Counted from the stretch's first letter, positions 1 through 9,510 are shown. The stretch is 64,000 bases of DNA from an uncultured Dehalococcoidia bacterium (GCA_958295865.1 CATQHF010000006.1:91022-155021); one strand, 5' to 3'. Notes: generated by a model not told the origin, from the sequence alone. A program made the numbers and translations.

Positions 1-1845
1 GGTGGCGTAGCTGGAGCGCACCGTTCCTTCATTGAACCCGACAAGCGCGCCCGCATGCGAGGCGGTGGGCATCGAAATGCCTAAGTTCACATCCACCAGT
101 CCCACGCCGCTGACGCTGGCGGCGGAGGATAACTGCCCGAACAGACCCGCGCGGACGAGGGTAGTTGTGCCGCTCATCGTCAAGTTGGATATGGTGTTGT
201 TGTTGCCCTTGAATTCGGCCGTGTAGGGGTTGGCGCTAGTGCCTATCGGCGTCCAGCTGGCGTATGCGTCGCTGCTGTCCACATCGCCGTCGGTGTCCGT
301 GTCGAAGTCCAAGTCGGCGCGCAGTTCGTAGCCTGTGCAAGTTCCCGACGGGCAGCCCATTCGACTCGCAGCGGCGGTATCGCGGTTGGGGAAGGCGGCA
401 AGGTAGTTCGCCGCGTCCCCGGATGCTACATCGCCGTCGCCGTTCAGGTCCCAGCGCATGGCGTTCAGCTGCGCCAGAGTTTTGACATCTATCAAGCCGT
501 CGTCATCGTCGTCGTAGTCGATAGTGGATTGAATCTCCACATTCATGCCGCCGAACTTCAGGCGCGGATACTGCGAGTTCGTCCCAAAGTCCCAAGGGTC
601 ATCGTTGCCCGACACGCCGTCCACATTCACATTCCAGTTGGCGTATATGCCGGTGTACGATAGGACGGATTGCAGTTCGCTAGTAGTCTTGCCTTCCGGG
701 GTGTGCGTGCCAAAGTCGTCTGCGATGCCCGTCGTCGTGGTGTCCCAGTAGCTATTCGCGCCTCTGTCGATTCCAAGCCGGGATCCCGCGGAGCCACCGA
801 CATTATTGCTGTTGGACGTCGACACCGACACCGCGCCTGTGGAGTAGGATGCGGTTATGCGGTACCGGGCCGGCGATTCCGAAGATGCCAAGCCCACTAA
901 CCCGCCCACCCTGGCTCTATTCGTGCCTGCGGCTGCGCCTGTCACTGAGCCGGTGGCATAAGATGCTCTCATCTCTGCGATTCCGCGGCCGGCGCTAAAC
1001 CTTCCCACCAATCCACCGACGTTGACGAAATTTATAGTCCCCGTTGACGTTGCGGAGACATCGACTCTTGACCAGCTCGCCGCAATCGTTCCACCCCATG
1101 TACTTCCCACCAAGCCGCCGACATGGATGTCTGCGTTGTCTTGCGTGGTCACGGAGATGGAGCCTGTGGCGTAGCTGGAGCGCACCGTTCCCTCACTTTC
1201 GGCGACCAGCGCGCCCACGTAGGAAAATCCTGCCGCGAAAGGCAGGTATATGTTGACATCCTCCAACCCCACGCCGCTGATGCTTCCGGTGCTGGATAAC
1301 CCCCCGAACAGGCCGAATCGGTTGATGAAACTCCGGCCGCGGGCGATTGTCAGGTTGGATATGGTATGGTTGTTGCCCTTGAATTCGACTCCGTAATAGG
1401 AGGTGCCCCAAAATATCGCGTCCCAGACGGGGTATTCGTCGTCGCTGTCCACATCGCCGTCGTCGTCCGTGTCGAAGTCCAAGTCGGCGCGCAGTTCGTA
1501 GCCGGTGCAAGCTCCCGACGGGCAGCCCATTCGGGTTGCGGAATTGGTATCGCGGTTGGGGAAGGCAAGCAGGTAGTTCGCCGCGTCCGTCGAAGCTACA
1601 ACGCCGTCGCCGTTCAGGTCCCAGCGTATAGCGTTCAGCTGCGCCAGCGTCCTGACATCAATCAAGCCGTCATTATCGTCGTCATAGTCGGTCGTGGACT
1701 GCGCCGCCGCCGGGCTAGGGTTGATGCCTACAAGCGCAACCGCAAGCGCGATGAGCAGAAACGCGATTGCGATTTGGCGTGATGTGCAACGGCGGGGGGG
1801 GGGGGGGTAGAATTTGCCGCAAACCGCCCTCACACGCGCGCGCAA
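1..1845 (-). CDS. Large secreted repeat protein with GLUG-like motifs (partial, runs off left edge)
   Basis: Manual translation of the minus strand gives an open frame from TTG 1845/GTG 1833 towards base 1. It has a signal-like segment RQIAIAFLLIALAVALVGINPSPAAAQ, followed by ~390-aa repeat units starting DYDDD(N/D)DGLIDV(R/K)TLAQLNA(I/M)RWDLNGDG with VGGLVG...SYATG motifs. Absent from the ORF track, presumably because it has no stop in the window. Confidence 0.8.
   Translation of the reverse strand, partial: MRARVRAVCGKFYPPPPRRCTSRQIAIAFLLIALAVALVGINPSPAAAQSTTDYDDDNDGLIDVRTLAQLNAIRWDLNGDGVVASTDAANYLLAFPNRDTNSATRMGCPSGACTGYELRADLDFDTDDDGDVDSDDEYPVWDAIFWGTSYYGVEFKGNNHTISNLTIARGRSFINRFGLFGGLSSTGSISGVGLEDVNIYLPFAAGFSYVGALVAESEGTVRSSYATGSISVTTQDNADIHVGGLVGSTWGGTIAASWSRVDVSATSTGTINFVNVGGLVGRFSAGRGIAEMRASYATGSVTGAAAGTNRARVGGLVGLASSESPARYRITASYSTGAVSVSTSNSNNVGGSAGSRLGIDRGANSYWDTTTTGIADDFGTHTPEGKTTSELQSVLSYTGIYANWNVNVDGVSGNDDPWDFGTNSQYPRLKFGGMNVEIQSTIDYDDDDDGLIDVKTLAQLNAMRWDLNGDGDVASGDAANYLAAFPNRDTAAASRMGCPSGTCTGYELRADLDFDTDTDGDVDSSDAYASWTPIGTSANPYTAEFKGNNNTISNLTMSGTTTLVRAGLFGQLSSAASVSGVGLVDVNLGISMPTASHAGALVGFNEGTVRSSYAT
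1794..1807. repeat. G14 homopolymer tract in the 5' end of the repeat-protein gene
   Basis: 14 consecutive G at 1794-1807. Confidence 0.9.
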
Positions 1846-1918
1846 GGGCAGCCTTCATCGGGGACGAATTGAGATTAAGCAAGCGGAGCATGTATGTCTT
1901 CAACTTTTGGGGGCTTGC

Positions 1919-2046
1919 GTCATTCCTGTGAGAGTGGGGAAGCCGGAGCGTCAGGATATAGTCGGTTTCGTATATTTTAGGCTATATCAAAGCGCCGGAT
2001 TCCTGCCCCTGCTTTCGCAGGGGTGCCTTTCTTTCGCAGGAATGAC
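1919..2046. repeat. REPIN-like doublet, family A
   Basis: GTCATTCCTG...spacer...GGATTCC...GGAATGAC; spacer homologous to 14264-14390, 26091-26218 and 59872-59972. Confidence 0.8.
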
Positions 2047-2135
2047 GGAGAGAAATGCTGCGTCGTGTTCGGGATGGCAGCGGGTTAGGATTTTAGATTC
2101 CTCACTTCGTTCGGAATGACAGGGAAAGGGACGGC

Positions 2136-2594
2136 TTAGCTGCCGTAGCGGGCGGCGGCGTTGGGGTCGCTGTACTCCACGCCTTTGGTGGACCAGAAGA
2201 TGGTCGCAATCTCATCTACTGCGGCGACGAGCGCCTCGGCGTTGTCCATGCTGACCGTCTGCTTGCACTGGCCGGCGAGCTTCAGGGCGGCGTTGAACTT
2301 TGCCGCGATGTCGTTGGCGTCCGTGCCGGGCCAGGTGTAGTCTGCCCAGAGGATGCGGAGTTCGTGCTTGCACAGCTCGGCATGCTCTTCCTTGACCGTG
2401 ACATAGCGTCCGAGGGTGTTGGCGTGCGCGACGTCGCCCGTGTCTTCCAGCGCTTCTATTCGCAGCACCATCTTTTGTACTGTCTGCGCGGCTATCTTCG
2501 CGGAGATGGGGTCGTAGATGCCGCAGGGAATATCGCAGTGCGCGCTGGCGTGTCGGACGGACAAAAGATACTCCATGGTTGACTTGATGTTCAT
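2136..2594 (-). CDS. sodN: Nickel superoxide dismutase precursor
   Basis: Ni-hook motif HCDIPCGIYDP after a short pro-peptide. Confidence 0.95.
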   Translation of the reverse strand: MNIKSTMEYLLSVRHASAHCDIPCGIYDPISAKIAAQTVQKMVLRIEALEDTGDVAHANTLGRYVTVKEEHAELCKHELRILWADYTWPGTDANDIAAKFNAALKLAGQCKQTVSMDNAEALVAAVDEIATIFWSTKGVEYSDPNAAARYGS

Positions 2595-2668
2595 TGAAAC
2601 CTTCCTTTCGGGATGTCTGAATTATTGGCTAAAAGATACAATAAAGATGGTTGAGGCGCAAGTGTTTG

Positions 2669-2935
2669 AAAATTAAGAATTAAAAATTAGGAATTAGGAA
2701 TTAGGAATTGGGTTGTGTGAACATCTTGACTTTTTGTCTCGTCATGCCTGCTTTCGTGGGAATCCGGCGCTTTGGGATGGATTAGAATATGGGGAGGAGA
2801 CTGCGTTTTGAGATTTCTGGATTCCTGCCCCTGCTTTCGCAGGGGTGACGTTCTTTCGCAGGAATGGCGGGTTGGGTGTGCGGGAATGACGGGTAAGTGG
2901 GCAGGAATGGCGGGTTGAATGTGCGGGAATGATGC
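2669..2935. repeat. Composite repeat cluster (AATTAGG heptamers, family A REPs, tandem GGAATGRC half-sites)
   Basis: aattaag-aattaaa-aattagg x3 at 2671-2705; nested REP 2819-2868; further gcrggaatg units to 2935. Confidence 0.8.
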
Positions 2936-2992
2936 AAGTGTCCATATAACCTAGCGCTTTGTGTATCATGTTGGTAAGGAGTGTGCATCTTT

Positions 2993-3460
2993 ATGGCTTC
3001 CGATTCTTATCGCAGGGCTTCTAGGTTTTTGCTGTATGGCGTTCGGGGGCAGAGCATGACGCCGTCGCTGCGCCCGGGCGACTATCTGCTGGTTCGCACT
3101 GCCGCCACATCCCTGCGTCCGCCGGCGCGGAGGGACATTGTGGTGATCGACGCGCCTGAGCGCGATGGTGCCGAACTGCTGAAGCGCATCGTAGGGCTGC
3201 CCGGCGAGCGTATCGCCTTTACCGACGGGATGCTGCTTGTCGACGGCGAAAGGCTGACCGAGCGCTATCTGCGCGGCTTGCCCCCATACGCGGGGCTGGA
3301 CGAATCCGAGTTCACGATGGGCGATGACGAATACTTTGTCATGGGCGACAACCGCGCGCATAGCACGGACAGCCGCCATTATGGCGCCGTGCGGCTCTCG
3401 CAGATAGAGGGCAGGGCGATCTGGCGCATTTGGCCTCCGCAGCGATGGTGGAAGCTGTAA
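2993..3460 (+). CDS. sodX: S26 peptidase, probable NiSOD maturation protease
   Basis: GQSMTPSL, KRIVGLPGE and GDNRAHSTDSR S26 motifs; divergently adjacent to sodN; start uncertain (2981 or 2993). Confidence 0.75.
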   Translation: MASDSYRRASRFLLYGVRGQSMTPSLRPGDYLLVRTAATSLRPPARRDIVVIDAPERDGAELLKRIVGLPGERIAFTDGMLLVDGERLTERYLRGLPPYAGLDESEFTMGDDEYFVMGDNRAHSTDSRHYGAVRLSQIEGRAIWRIWPPQRWWKL

Positions 3461-3482
3461 GCGGCGGCGTCCGTGTCGGCGG

Positions 3483-4457
3483 CTAGGTCAGCCAGCGCGC
3501 GGCTTCCTTGGCGTGGTAGCTGATTATCATGTCCGCGCCCGCGCGCTTGATGGAGGTGAGGATCTCCAGCGTGATGCGCTGCCCGTCTATCCACTCGTTT
3601 TCCGTCGCCGCCTTGACCATCGCGTACTCGCCGCTCACATTGTACGCCGCCATCGGGTAGCCGAATGCCTTGCGCGCCTGCGAAATGACATCCAGGTATG
3701 ACAGCGCGGGCTTGACCATGATGATGTCCGCGCCCTCGTCTATGTCCAGCCGGATCTCGCGCATCGCCTCGCGCGAGTTCGCTATGTCCATCTGATAGCC
3801 TCTGCGGTCGCCGAACTGCGGCGCGGAGTCGGCGGCGACGCGGAAGGGACCATAGAACGAGGATGCGTATTTCGCGGAGTACGCCATGATGGGCAGATGC
3901 TCGAAGTTTGTGGAGTCCAAGCCCGCGCGAATTGCGGCGACCTGCCCGTCCATCATCGCGGAGGGCGCGACGACATCCGCGCCCGCCTCCGCTTGGCACA
4001 CCGCCATTCTTGCCAGCAGCTCCAGCGTGGCGTCGTTGTCCACTCTGCCGTTCCTGATGACGCCGCAATGTCCGTGGTCGGTGAACTCGTCGAGGCACAC
4101 GTCGGTAATCACAAGTATGTTGGGGACGGCTTGCTTGATGACGCGGATAGCCTCTTGCACGATGCCGCTCGGCTCGTATGCTTCCGTGCCCTCGGCGTCC
4201 TTGCTCGCGGGCAGTCCGAACAGCAGCACCGCGCCGATGCCCATAGCCGACACCTCGCCGACTTCCGCGATGAGGTTGTCGAGCGAGAGCTGATACATGC
4301 CTGGCATCGGGTCGATTGGGTTGCGGACGCCGCGCCCATGCGTTACGAAGATGGGGTAGATGAAGTCGCTGACCGATATGCGCGTTTCCTGCGCTAGGGC
4401 GCGCAACGCGGGCGCTTCCCGCATGCGGCGCATCCGAACCTGTGGGAACATACTCAT
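3483..4457 (-). CDS. hemB: Porphobilinogen synthase
   Basis: DVCLDEFTDHGHCG, MAYSAKYAS, MVKPA, AYNVSGEYAM motifs. Confidence 0.97.
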   Translation of the reverse strand: MSMFPQVRMRRMREAPALRALAQETRISVSDFIYPIFVTHGRGVRNPIDPMPGMYQLSLDNLIAEVGEVSAMGIGAVLLFGLPASKDAEGTEAYEPSGIVQEAIRVIKQAVPNILVITDVCLDEFTDHGHCGVIRNGRVDNDATLELLARMAVCQAEAGADVVAPSAMMDGQVAAIRAGLDSTNFEHLPIMAYSAKYASSFYGPFRVAADSAPQFGDRRGYQMDIANSREAMREIRLDIDEGADIIMVKPALSYLDVISQARKAFGYPMAAYNVSGEYAMVKAATENEWIDGQRITLEILTSIKRAGADMIISYHAKEAARWLT

Positions 4458-5977
4458 TTGGCGACCTCCTGCTGAAAGTGGGACTCCACGGCTTCGACCA
4501 GCCCCGCAATCGTGTACTCCGATGCCATTATATCAACCTTCAAGCCGAGTTCGACGGCGCGCGCCGCCGTGATGGGGCCTATGCACGCAATCGTAGCATC
4601 TTTCAGCGCGTCCGTGTTGCCGTCCAGCAGCGCCATGAGGTTGCTGACGGTGGACGAGCTTGTGAATGTGGCGATGTCGATGCCGTCCGCGAGGACGCTC
4701 ATTAGGCGGTCAGTCGTGTCTTGCGGGGTGACCGTGCGATAGACGGCTATGGCGTCCACCGATGCGCCAAGCGCCGCAAGTCCGCGCCTGATGGCGTCGC
4801 GCGCGATTTCGGCTTGCGGCAGAAGCACGCGCTTGCCTCCCATGTCGTAAGCGCCCAGCTCTTCAACCGCCGCCTCGCCTACGAACGACGCGGGTATGAA
4901 GTCGGCTGATATGCCGTGCGTCCGCAGCCTGCGCGCCGTCGCCGTGCCTATCGCGGCGATTTTCAGCCCATGCAGCGCCCTCGAGTCCAAGCCGAGCGCG
5001 TCCAGGCGGCCGAACACGACATCCACCGCGTTCGCGCTGCTGAACACAAGCCAGTCGTAGCGGCGCGCGCTCATTAGCGCACGGTCGAGTTGGTCGTACT
5101 CGTCGAGCGGCTGAATCTCTATCGTGGGCAGCTCGACCGCCTGAGCGCCCCTCTGCGTCAGCATGTCGGACAGCGCGCTTGCCTGCGTGCGTGTGCGCGT
5201 AACCAGCGCGCGCTTGCCGAACAGGGGCTTGTCGTCGAACCAGCCGATAGTATCGCGCAGTCGCGCAACATCGCCGACTATCGTAACGGCGGGAGCGCCT
5301 ATCCCTGCCGCCGCCGCCTTGTCCGCGATGTCCGCAAGCGTACCTACCAGGGTGCGCTGATACGGCTCGGTTCCCCACTGCACGAGCGCGACCGGCGTCT
5401 GCGGCGCGCGCCCGTAGCTAAGCAGCGCCCGCGCTATGGCGGACAGGTTGCTCTGTCCCATCAGCACGACCAGCGTGCCGCCGCTCTTTGCCAGCGCCTC
5501 CCAATTGACGGCTGTGTTCGGCTTGGTGGGGTCTTCGCTGCCGGTAATCACGCTGAACGATGACGCCAATCGCCTGTGAGTGAGCGGGATGCCCGCGTAT
5601 GCCGGCGCGGCGATGGCGGATGTTATGCCCGGCACCACCTCAAAGCGCACGCCGGCGTCTGCCAGCGCTTCCGCTTCCTCGCCGCCGCGCCCGAACACGA
5701 ACGGATCGCCGCCCTTGAGCCGCACCACGCGCTTCCCCGCCTGCCCAAGCGCGACAAGCAGGCTGTTGATGTCTTCCTGCCGATTGATGCGCCTGCCGGG
5801 GATTTTGCCCACGTCGGTCAGCTCGGCGGCGGCGCGCGCATGCCGTAGCAGCCGTTTGTCCACCAGCCTGTCATAGACGATAGCGTCGGCGGACTGGATT
5901 AGGCGCAGCCCCTTGACGCTGATAAGCTCAGGGTCGCCAGGTCCCGCGCCCACCAGCCATACGATACCCTCGCTCAT
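4454..5977 (-). CDS. cobA-hemD: Uroporphyrinogen-III C-methyltransferase / uroporphyrinogen-III synthase fusion
   Basis: LVGAGPGDPEL, RLKGGDPFVFGRGGEE, then HemD motifs (FSSANAV, FTSSSTV, CIGPITA); second ATG has a GGAGG RBS. Confidence 0.93.
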   Translation of the reverse strand: MSEGIVWLVGAGPGDPELISVKGLRLIQSADAIVYDRLVDKRLLRHARAAAELTDVGKIPGRRINRQEDINSLLVALGQAGKRVVRLKGGDPFVFGRGGEEAEALADAGVRFEVVPGITSAIAAPAYAGIPLTHRRLASSFSVITGSEDPTKPNTAVNWEALAKSGGTLVVLMGQSNLSAIARALLSYGRAPQTPVALVQWGTEPYQRTLVGTLADIADKAAAAGIGAPAVTIVGDVARLRDTIGWFDDKPLFGKRALVTRTRTQASALSDMLTQRGAQAVELPTIEIQPLDEYDQLDRALMSARRYDWLVFSSANAVDVVFGRLDALGLDSRALHGLKIAAIGTATARRLRTHGISADFIPASFVGEAAVEELGAYDMGGKRVLLPQAEIARDAIRRGLAALGASVDAIAVYRTVTPQDTTDRLMSVLADGIDIATFTSSSTVSNLMALLDGNTDALKDATIACIGPITAARAVELGLKVDIMASEYTIAGLVEAVESHFQQEVAK

Positions 5978-6051
5978 CGCCCCTCCAAGGATGCCTTCAC
6001 TCATCGCCTAGCCGTAATCTTATCAGGCGCAACTTTCGTCTTGGCGCGCGG

Positions 6052-6972
6052 CTACCGGTTCGCCAGGACACGAGAAGCGCCGCTGTTCAGCAGCGCGGCG
6101 GCGACGGCTTCGCCCGCTTGTATGGGGTCGTCGAGGTCGTAGTCGCCGGAGAAGCGAAAAATCTCGCTGCCGTCCGGCTGCGCCACCATCGCCATGATAT
6201 GCAGGCTGTCCTCATGGATTTGGGCATAAGCGGCGGTCGGCAGCGTGCAGCCCCCGCCCAGCGCCTCTAGGAACGCCCGCTCAGCGCGAACCGCCGCGCT
6301 TGTGGGCGCGTGGTCGATAGCGCGTATCCATTCGAGCAAGTCTGCGTCGGACGCCCGCGCCTGAACCGCAAGCGCGCCCTGCCCGACATCGGGGATGCAG
6401 TCTTGCGGCGGTATGTACGCGCTTATCTCCGCTTGCCGTCCCAGCCGGATGATGCCCGCCGCCGCCAGCACCGCGCCATCGTAGTCGGCGCTGTTTGCCT
6501 TGCTCATCCGCGTATCAACATTGCCCCTGATTGGCAGCAGCTCCAGGTCGGGGCGCGCCGACTTGAGTTGTGCGGCGCGGCGCGGGCTGCTTGTGCCAAG
6601 CCGTGCGCCCGCGGGCAGTTCGGTCAGCGGCAAGTCCCAGCGGTTCACCAGCACATCGCGCGCGTCCTCCCGCTCCGTGTACGCCGCTACCGCGAGTCCG
6701 GGCGGCGTAATCGCGGGCATGTCTTTCGCGCTGTGTACGGCGATGTCGATCTCCCCGTTCAGGAGCGCAAGCTCTATCTCCTTGACGAACATGCCCCGTT
6801 CCATGCTCAGCAGGGGAGCGGCTTTGTTCCTGTCGCCGCGCGTGGATAGGGAGACGAGTCGGATGTCCAGCGCGGGATGGGCGCGCAGCAGCCGTTCAAC
6901 TACCGCGTTGGTCTGCGCCAGCGACAGGAGGCTTGACCGCGAGCCGACGACGACCCGCCTTGCGGCAGTCAT
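6052..6972 (-). CDS. hemC: Hydroxymethylbilane synthase
   Basis: AVHSAKDMP, GTSSPRR, RGNVDTR, LGGGCTLP motifs. Confidence 0.96.
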   Translation of the reverse strand: MTAARRVVVGSRSSLLSLAQTNAVVERLLRAHPALDIRLVSLSTRGDRNKAAPLLSMERGMFVKEIELALLNGEIDIAVHSAKDMPAITPPGLAVAAYTEREDARDVLVNRWDLPLTELPAGARLGTSSPRRAAQLKSARPDLELLPIRGNVDTRMSKANSADYDGAVLAAAGIIRLGRQAEISAYIPPQDCIPDVGQGALAVQARASDADLLEWIRAIDHAPTSAAVRAERAFLEALGGGCTLPTAAYAQIHEDSLHIMAMVAQPDGSEIFRFSGDYDLDDPIQAGEAVAAALLNSGASRVLANR

Positions 6973-6981
6973 GGTCGTATA

Positions 6982-7713
6982 TCAGGCGGTCGCGCCCGCG
7001 CCGGAGTTGGCAAGCGCTTTCTTCTCTTCCCACATCTTGCACACGCCCGGTTCGCAGTCGCAGCCCACGCCCGCATAGAGATCTGTCATGAGCGTCGCCC
7101 TTGCGTCGTCGTATCTGCCGGACAGCACGGTATCCAGCAGGCTGTCGGTGATGCACGCCTGCCAGTGGTCCGTAACCAGCGTGATGCCCTTGCCGCGAAT
7201 CTCGGCGCGCGCATCGGCGAGCAGCGGCGCGAGTTCGGCGTAGTCCATCAGCGCATGCTCGGATTCGACCGGGCTGCCGTCGAGCAGTTCGCGGAACTTG
7301 CGGGCAAGCGCCGGGCTTGCGCCCCCCGTAGATGCGGCGACCGTTACATCGCCGCGCACTGCCACGGACGGCGCGATGAAGGTGCATAGGTGCGTAACAT
7401 CCACCACATTCAGCAGCACATTTCGCTCTTCGGCTTCCTTGGCGATGGCGCGGTTCACATCGTTGTCGTCCGTCGCTGCTATGGCGATGAACGCGCCCTG
7501 CAAGTCGCCAACGCGGTATTCGCGCTCGTGCCAGACGACGCCGTTATCGTTGGCAAGGCTGCGAACGCCTTCGTTGACCTCCGGGCTAATGACGACCACG
7601 CTGGCATGGCAGTCCAGCAGCTTGACGACCTTTTCTTCGCCAATGTTGCCGCCGCCGATGACCACGCAGCGCCTGTCCTTGACATCGATGAATGCCGGGT
7701 AATACGCGGGCAC
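6982..7713 (-). CDS. sirC: Precorrin-2 dehydrogenase / sirohydrochlorin ferrochelatase (SirC/Met8, CysG N-terminal type)
   Basis: VIGGGNIG Rossmann motif, NVVD, STGGASPALA. Confidence 0.88.
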   Translation of the reverse strand: MPAYYPAFIDVKDRRCVVIGGGNIGEEKVVKLLDCHASVVVISPEVNEGVRSLANDNGVVWHEREYRVGDLQGAFIAIAATDDNDVNRAIAKEAEERNVLLNVVDVTHLCTFIAPSVAVRGDVTVAASTGGASPALARKFRELLDGSPVESEHALMDYAELAPLLADARAEIRGKGITLVTDHWQACITDSLLDTVLSGRYDDARATLMTDLYAGVGCDCEPGVCKMWEEKKALANSGAGATA

Positions 7714-7802
7714 TTAAACTCCTTCCAAAATAATTCTTTTCGTCCGTGTTAGTATTCTCAATATGTATTGGTATTACAATCTGGGCGGCGTATCAATTGC
7801 GT

Positions 7803-7852
7803 GGATTCCCGCCCCTGCTTTCGCAGGGGTGACGTTCTTTCGCGGGAATGAC
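7803..7852. repeat. Nested family A REP (50 bp)
   Basis: Reverse-complement match to 26091-26140; flanked by an inverted pair gtattctcaa (7752) / ttgagaatac (7873). Confidence 0.85.
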
Positions 7853-7911
7853 GATTTGATAATCGGCGCGTGTTGAGAATACCTCCATGTTAGTCCCGTT
7901 GCCGCCTGCCG

Positions 7912-8928
7912 CTACACGAAATACCTAACCCGTGTCTTCTTGTATTCGCGCGTGCTGTACAGCAGTTGATACTCGGTGATGCCGGTGGCTTCCGATAGTT
8001 CGCCCGCCACCTCTTCGCATTGGGACTGCGATGTGGCGTGAATCATCGTGAAGTGGGTATAGGGCCAGTCCGGGAATGTCGGGCGCTCATAGCAGTGCGT
8101 AACCCAGCGCGATTGCGCCATTATGTTGCCCACCTCGACCGCGCGCTCGGACGGCACTTTCCAGACTGCCATCGCGTTCGACCTGAAGCCCGCGCGCCGA
8201 TGGTGCAGCACCGCGCTGAAACGCCGCATCAGCCCGCGCTCTTGGAACGAGTCCGCCGCGTCGAACATCTCTTGCGTCGATATGCCCAACCGCTCCGCCA
8301 TTGGGCTGAACGGGCGCGGCGTGAGCGGCACATCCTCTTGCAGCTCGCGGATGATCTCTATCTCAAAGTCGCTGACCGGCAGCGCCTTGTTCCAGTCCTG
8401 CCCGTCCGCGCGGTCGTATCCGTCCGGGCTGTAATACTTCTTTGCCGCGCCCTCTTCCTTCACCATGTCGAAGTTCACGCCAATCTTGAAGAACTTGATA
8501 GTCGGCATCAGCCGATACGACTCGGCGTTCGTCCTCTGCGCCATCGCTTCCACGCTTGTGGCGAGGTCTTCGTAAGGCGGCACGGCGAGCGTGAACCATA
8601 GGTTGAAGTGTCCGTCGCGGGCGTAGTTGTGGCTGACGCCGGGATGTTCGTTGATGACCTGCGCCGCGGCGTCCAACTCGTCGGCCGGCAGGCGCATCGC
8701 CACGAGGGTCGTCTTGTAGCCAAGCCGCCGCGTGTCGAAGATGGCGCTTATCTGGCGCACCACGTTCTTGGCTTTCAGCGCGCCGATGCGCTCCAGAACC
8801 TCGGCCTCCGACAGCCCGACTTCGTCGGCGATTGCCTTGTACGGCAATTCCGTGAGCGGAAAGCGCGTCTGAATGATGTTCAATATCTTGCGGTCAACAA
8901 GATCCATCGTCGTTGTGCTGGTCGTCAT
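7912..8928 (-). CDS. ahbAB: Fused siroheme decarboxylase AhbA-AhbB (NirDL-like, Lrp/AsnC fold)
   Basis: Two Lrp/AsnC-like halves with VSHNYARD and VTHCYERP...FTMIH motifs; upstream of the siroheme genes. Confidence 0.85.
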   Translation of the reverse strand: MTTSTTTMDLVDRKILNIIQTRFPLTELPYKAIADEVGLSEAEVLERIGALKAKNVVRQISAIFDTRRLGYKTTLVAMRLPADELDAAAQVINEHPGVSHNYARDGHFNLWFTLAVPPYEDLATSVEAMAQRTNAESYRLMPTIKFFKIGVNFDMVKEEGAAKKYYSPDGYDRADGQDWNKALPVSDFEIEIIRELQEDVPLTPRPFSPMAERLGISTQEMFDAADSFQERGLMRRFSAVLHHRRAGFRSNAMAVWKVPSERAVEVGNIMAQSRWVTHCYERPTFPDWPYTHFTMIHATSQSQCEEVAGELSEATGITEYQLLYSTREYKKTRVRYFV

Positions 8929-9002
8929 TCGCCTCTCGCCTGAATGTATTCGTTGAGCATCTGCACGCCTATTATCTCAGTTTTCAATGCTCTATGGCAA
9001 TC

Positions 9003-9510
9003 CATTTGAGTACGCCGGGGGCTTTCATTTGAGTACGCCGGGGGCTTTCGATTGTCACCCCGAGCTCTTTCACTTGATAAACGGGTGTCTTTCATTCGAG
9101 TAAGTCGAGGGCTTTTGATTGTCACCCTGAGCTCTTTCACTTGTCACCCCGAACGAGGTGAGGGGTCTAAAATGCTTGCTATATCGGGCGTGTTGGTGGC
9201 AGGGATTTTGGATTCCTCACTCCGTTCGGAATGACAGAGGGGAGGAATTAAGAATTAGAAATTAAGAATTAAGAATTGGGGTTGTGTTTAGGCTTGGTGC
9301 GTGATGTTTCGCGGGCCGATGGCAACCGAAGTTTGAGGGCGGTTGCTAAAGGCTGTGTGTTCGGCGTATTGAGATTTTTGATTCCTCACGCTGTTTGGAA
9401 TGACAGAGGGAAGGGCATGCTGGTTCGTAATGACAAGGGTGGGCGCTTGGAATGACGGGGGTGGCGTTGCTATACGGCGCTGGATTTCTGCTTTCGCGGG
9501 AATGACGAAT
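9003..9510. repeat. Composite intergenic repeat cluster (direct repeats, family B REPIN, heptamer-tailed element)
   Basis: 23-bp tandem at 9003-9048; 9141-9237 homologous to 19172-19268; 9246-9408 homologous in reverse to 43230-43401 and 47568-47736. Confidence 0.8.

Noticed and set aside
5975-6004. Apparent N-terminal duplication MSEGI-LGGA-MSEGI in cobA-hemD
   Set aside because: Only five codons are involved, with synonymous differences. The second ATG has the RBS, so it is treated as a start-site ambiguity.
7766-7780. TATTGGTATTACAAT resembling a GntR/FadR-type operator upstream of sirC
   Set aside because: It is a single imperfect site overlapping an AT-rich promoter, with no cognate regulator in the window.
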